The notes under the pieces: model-generated
What the model saw: only the letters and a program-made list of their open reading frames with translations
Database searches by the model: none
What the model was told of the DNA's origin: nothing
Part shown: positions 59,244 through 63,046 of the stretch, one piece after another
Position numbering within the stretch: position 1 is the stretch's first letter
Layout of the letters: every line of letters starts with the position of its first letter
Assembly: GCA_028287805.1 (NCBI GenBank)
Contig: JAQBOY010000005.1
Span: 1 to 63,046 of the forward strand
DNA: 63,046 bases
Source: Mucilaginibacter sp.
Lineage (GTDB): Bacteria; Bacteroidota; Bacteroidia; Sphingobacteriales; Sphingobacteriaceae
Reading direction: 5' to 3'
Translations under genes and position numbers: made by a program

Positions 59244-60518
59244 ATGAATAGCATGACCACCTCCAATTTTGATGAACGGTTTATCTTTAAAAGTAAAGCC
59301 AAAGCCTGGTGCTTGGCCATGATCGCGCTCGGGATAACAGGCATTGCCTATGGCTTTTTATCCGGCAGCGCTGAGCGAACTTTTGCCAATTTATTGCTGA
59401 TGGGTTATTACCTGGTTACCGTTTGCCTGTTCGGTGTCTGCTTTTGTGCTATCGAATATATTTCGCAATCCGGTTGGTCGGTTTCCATACTCCGCATCCC
59501 GCAGGTATTTGCCCGGATATTACCTGTCGCGGCACTGGTTCTGCTGGCTATTATAAGTGCCGGTATATTTACTACTCATCCCGGTAAAAATGAAGGCGGT
59601 ATTACTACTGTTTTACCCTATCTGTATAAACTTTGGGCGTTAAAAGGAGTTACTACCCCGCATCATATCAACTATGACGCAGTTATTGCCGGTAAATCCG
59701 GTTTTTTAAACATCCGATTCTTTTTTATCCGCCTGGTGGCCTTTCTTACCTTTTATAGTATTGCAGGCTGGCTACTGGTGAAATATTCGTTCAATGAAGA
59801 CCAGACTGGCGGTATGGCTAATTACAAAAAAAGCTTTAGCCTGTCTGCGCTGTTTTTAGTGGTGTTTTTCTTTACCGTTCCGCTATTTGTTTTTGATACC
59901 ATCATGTCTTTAGACGCCCATTGGTTCTCTACCTTGTTTGGCTGGTATAATCTTTCAGGGTTTTTAGTTAGCGGTTTCACGGTTACGGCGCTAACCGTTA
60001 TTTATTTACAAGAAGCAGGCTACCTGCCTTGGGTGACAAAAAACTACCTGCAAACCTTAGGGGTGCTGATATTTGGCTTTTCCATATTCTGGACCTACTT
60101 ATGGTTCGAGCAATTCCTGCTGATCTATTATTCCAACCTCCCGGAAGAAGCGGTTTACTTTTATAAAAGATGGGAACCCGAGTTTCAATTTTGGTTCTGG
60201 CTAAACCTAACGATCAATTTCTGTGTGCCGTTTTTTGTACTCATGTCGCGCGATGCTAAAATGAGGATAAGCGTAATGAAGGCAACCTGCATCCTGCTGA
60301 TCCTTGGGCACTGGCTGGACTATTGGCAAATGATCATACCCGGAACCACCAAGCCGAAAGCCAACTGGTATAATGAAATAGGTGTTATCGAGGGAGCCAC
60401 GTTTATCGGCTTTGCGGGTTTATTCGTCTATATGGTGCTTTATTCACTTAGCTGCCTCAAAACGCTGGCACCAAAAAATCATCCTTTTCTTCAAGAAAGT
60501 CTTCACCATCAAAATTAA
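59244..60518 (+). CDS. ActF-like (NrfD-fold) membrane protein
   Basis: GWS...LRIP, FD.IMSLDAHWFSTLFGWY, FSIFWTYLWF.QFLLIYYSNLPEE, HPFLQESLHH. Confidence 0.8.
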   Translation: MNSMTTSNFDERFIFKSKAKAWCLAMIALGITGIAYGFLSGSAERTFANLLLMGYYLVTVCLFGVCFCAIEYISQSGWSVSILRIPQVFARILPVAALVLLAIISAGIFTTHPGKNEGGITTVLPYLYKLWALKGVTTPHHINYDAVIAGKSGFLNIRFFFIRLVAFLTFYSIAGWLLVKYSFNEDQTGGMANYKKSFSLSALFLVVFFFTVPLFVFDTIMSLDAHWFSTLFGWYNLSGFLVSGFTVTALTVIYLQEAGYLPWVTKNYLQTLGVLIFGFSIFWTYLWFEQFLLIYYSNLPEEAVYFYKRWEPEFQFWFWLNLTINFCVPFFVLMSRDAKMRISVMKATCILLILGHWLDYWQMIIPGTTKPKANWYNEIGVIEGATFIGFAGLFVYMVLYSLSCLKTLAPKNHPFLQESLHHQN

Positions 60519-60523
60519 AAATC

Positions 60524-60724
60524 ATGATACTCTTACAAATTGGCTTAGTCCTGACGATCTTCTCAATTATTAACTGCTTCCAGTTCGCTTCGGCTATCCT
60601 GGCCAAACAGATTGGACTGGACTTTTGGCGTTGGTTCTGGATCTCACTTTTTCTACCGATCATCTCTATGATCATACTGCTGTTTCTTTGGGATACCAAT
60701 GAGCAGCCGGTGGCGCATAGTTAA
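60524..60724 (+). CDS. Small two-TM hypothetical membrane protein
   Basis: AK..G..FW.WF.ISLFLP pattern; operonic spacing. Confidence 0.65.
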   Translation: MILLQIGLVLTIFSIINCFQFASAILAKQIGLDFWRWFWISLFLPIISMIILLFLWDTNEQPVAHS

Positions 60725-60840
60725 TGGAACCTGTTTGTTTTTTGAAGAATTTGCAAAAGTGCGAGTTGTCTTCAAAATTCAATAGATATGCAACGCCTGT
60801 AACTGACAGGCAACCAAGACAAAATTAATAATCCATAACA

Positions 60841-61374
60841 ATGAAAACATTTAAAGTACCAACCCGCGATGAAGTTAGCCCTGCCAATCAGGCCATATTT
60901 GACACGCTTAAAAAGAAGTTAGGCAAGGTTCCTAACAGTTATGCCTTCATGGCAAGTTCAGAAACCGGATTAGCCACTTACCTGGCATTGTCCAACGCGG
61001 AAAGTTCGCTCAGCATGAAAGAGAAAGAAGTGATCAATCTTACCGTAAGTGAAATAAACGGCTGTCATTATTGCACAAGCGCGCATACGGTTATTGGTAA
61101 ACTAAACGGTTTTACAGATGAACAAATTCTGGAAATCCGTCGTGGGGGCGCAAGTTTTGACGCGAAACTTGATGCATTAGCCCGGTTTGTGAAAGAAGTA
61201 ACCAATAATAAAGGTAATGCCAGCCAGGAAGCTATCGATAATTTTTTTGCATCAGGGTACACCAATGAAGGCCTTGTTGACACGCTTTTAATTGCCTCTG
61301 AAAGAACTTTCAGTAATTATTTAAATGCTATAGTGAATGTTCCGATTGATTTCCCGGTAGCTCCTGAAATTTAA
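60841..61374 (+). CDS. AhpD/carboxymuconolactone decarboxylase family (peroxidase-related)
   Basis: E.I.L.VSEINGCHYC..AH. Confidence 0.9.
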   Translation: MKTFKVPTRDEVSPANQAIFDTLKKKLGKVPNSYAFMASSETGLATYLALSNAESSLSMKEKEVINLTVSEINGCHYCTSAHTVIGKLNGFTDEQILEIRRGGASFDAKLDALARFVKEVTNNKGNASQEAIDNFFASGYTNEGLVDTLLIASERTFSNYLNAIVNVPIDFPVAPEI

Positions 61375-61416
61375 GGCCTTTTGTTTTTAACTTTTGCATA
61401 ACATAAATGAAGAATT

Positions 61417-61866
61417 ATGAAAAAAGTAATTAAACATCGTTTCGATGTATGGCAGGAAGAGCCCCTATACTGGGATCTGATGTCCGGAATGGACAAACGC
61501 CTGTATGAATCAACTATACCCAAAAGCCTGATAGATATTATCAAGGTCAGGGTTTCACAAATCAACAAATGTGCCTTTTGCATCGACTATCACACCGAAG
61601 ATGCTTTGAAGCATGGAGAGACGTCCCGTCGCATATTTGCTTTATCCGCCTGGCAGGAAAGCCCCTTGTTTACCGACATCGAGCGAATGGTTCTTGAGGT
61701 GGTTGAGGAAGTGACTTATATTTTTAATCATGGTGTTTCAGATGAGGCCTATGAAAAGCTGCTATCGCACTTTACGAAAAAAGAGATAGCGGATATCATT
61801 GTCTGCATTTGCCACATGAATTTCTTAAACCGCATAGGCATTTCGACCAAAACAGCAGCCTATTAA
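61417..61866 (+). CDS. AhpD/CMD family protein
   Basis: RVSQINKCAFCIDYH, W.ES..FT..ER, N..NR. Confidence 0.9.
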   Translation: MKKVIKHRFDVWQEEPLYWDLMSGMDKRLYESTIPKSLIDIIKVRVSQINKCAFCIDYHTEDALKHGETSRRIFALSAWQESPLFTDIERMVLEVVEEVTYIFNHGVSDEAYEKLLSHFTKKEIADIIVCICHMNFLNRIGISTKTAAY

Positions 61867-61896
61867 ATTTAGTTTAACCATAAAAAAATTAATCAA

Positions 61897-62544
61897 ATGA
61901 CAATTTCAGGTAAAACAATAGCCGGCATAAAAATCCCCGACAGTGCAATGGCCGGCCAGGCAACAGAGTTATTGCGCGAACATGGCAGCGAGCTTTTGTA
62001 CAACCATACCTTACGGGTCTTTCTTTTCGCGGCGCTAAACGGTCAGCAAAACAACCTTAGGTTTGATGCGGAACTCTTGTATGTCAGCACCATGTTTCAC
62101 GACCTGGGCCTGACAGCGCACTACCGTAGTGATGATAAACGGTTCGAAATTGATGGTGCAAACGCAGCCCGCGATTTTCTGCGTGGTTATGGTGTTTCGC
62201 CACAATCGCTGCAATTGGTCTGGGATACGATTGCGCTGCATACCTCACCGGGTATCGCAGAATACAAAGAACCCGAAGTAGCTTTACTTAATTATGGTGC
62301 GGCATTAGATGTTATCGGCAAGGGTTATGATCAACTGTCGAACACCATCCGCGAAGAAATTGTCCAGCAATTTCCGCGCAATGGGTTAAAGGAAAACATG
62401 ATCAACACTTTTTTTGATGGCTTTAAACACAAACCACATACCACCTATGGCAGCATCAATGCCGATATTTGTGCGTGTATGATCCCGAACTATCAAAGTA
62501 AAAATTATTGCGATTTGATCTTACATTCGCCGTGGTCGGAGTAA
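61897..62544 (+). CDS. HD-domain metalloprotein
   Basis: NH..RV, FHDLGL, RFE.DGA.AA..FL, W..IALHT. Confidence 0.88.
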   Translation: MTISGKTIAGIKIPDSAMAGQATELLREHGSELLYNHTLRVFLFAALNGQQNNLRFDAELLYVSTMFHDLGLTAHYRSDDKRFEIDGANAARDFLRGYGVSPQSLQLVWDTIALHTSPGIAEYKEPEVALLNYGAALDVIGKGYDQLSNTIREEIVQQFPRNGLKENMINTFFDGFKHKPHTTYGSINADICACMIPNYQSKNYCDLILHSPWSE

Positions 62545-62620
62545 TATTTTAACGCTATGTCAAATAAAAAGCCATAAACAAAAATGGCGAGTTCAGAATT
62601 TGAACCATTTTCAATTCAGA

Positions 62621-62687
62621 TCTAAATCTGCCAATCGTTTTAAATCATAAAAGAAATGGTTTGTTATAACTAAAGTCTGCACCACAA
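62621..62687 (+). repeat. Degenerate att-like junction J4 (core ACCACAA 62681-62687)
   Basis: Ungapped in-register similarity to J2: TCTAAATCTG/TCCAAATCTG, TAAATCATAA/CAAATCGTAC, AAGAAATGGT/AGGAAATAGT, TAAAGT/TACAGT, CACCACAA. Confidence 0.7.
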
Positions 62688-62696
62688 GTAGAAATT

Positions 62697-62726
62697 GCCT
62701 CTTAGTGTAAGCTAAGAGGTTTTTTT
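62697..62726 (+). terminator. Intrinsic terminator after J4
   Basis: GCCTCTTAG/CTAAGAGGT stem followed by a T run. Confidence 0.8.
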
Positions 62727-62930
62727 ATGCCTATATAGTTGATTTAACGGCTTTAGCGCTGTTTGTTAATCTGTTAATTATTGAATTGGGTTATATCATA
62801 CTTTAATCCGTTTTTTGGCTAATTGCCGTTTTTCATACCATTGTACATGAAAATGATTAATCGATCTTTACCGTGTCCGGCCATCAGTATTCCATATATC
62901 AGTCTGGCAACCGAGGCTGAAAAGCAGCCT

Positions 62931-63046
62931 TCACTCTTTACCTTTTTTGCTATCCTTCTGGTTAAAGTTTTTCTGTTCTACCCCGGTGGCCAGCGCAGTT
63001 ATCCCTGCCAGGCTGCCAAGCTGCATGGTATCTACTGCCGAACTGG
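62931..63046 (-). CDS. 3' end of probable SPFH/stomatin (slipin) family protein (partial)
   Basis: Manual translation SSAVDTMQLGSLAGITALA...KGKE*; hairpin AGGCTG/CAGCCT just after the stop. Confidence 0.5.
   Translation of the reverse strand, partial: SSAVDTMQLGSLAGITALATGVEQKNFNQKDSKKGKE

Larger units (their letters stand above)
56882..62687. mobile_element. Putative integrated cargo element C (MocR/ActD-ActF-like/AhpD/HD)
   Basis: Lies between J3 and degenerate J4. Confidence 0.45.

Noticed and set aside
2492-62241. Numerous short antisense or overlapping ORFs in the supplied track
   Set aside because: Shadow ORFs of well-supported genes with no motifs of their own

Overview
AT-rich Bacteroidota DNA (Sphingobacteriaceae/Pedobacter-like, judged from SusC/SusD pairs, TAnnTTTG promoters and protein families). 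The main structural observation is four related non-coding junctions sharing a 7-bp core ACCACAA (557, 27991, 56882, 62681), each followed by a terminator-like hairpin. They divide the window into three cargo blocks with no recognisable integrase. Block A (~27.4 kb) is a DeoR-linked PUL with two GH106-like and one GH39-like hydrolase, a metallophosphoesterase-FG-GAP protein, a GDPD and an unassigned isomerase/two-FGGY-kinase/dehydrogenase/phosphatase pathway. Block B (~28.9 kb) is a ROK-linked PUL with GHL10, a NAGPA-like phosphodiester glycosidase, DUF5009, GH20, several esterases, a FAD oxidoreductase-GDSL fusion, DUF4434, an AGE epimerase and NagB, but no sialidase or neuraminate lyase. Block C (~5.8 kb) has a MocR regulator facing orphan ActD/ActF-like genes, two AhpD/CMD genes and an HD protein. 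Blocks A and B have identical left ends (50 bp) and near-identical right ends (~77 bp) but unrelated cargo, suggesting tandemly accreted, non-autonomous site-specific cargo elements. All family assignments come from motif recognition by eye, not database searches.
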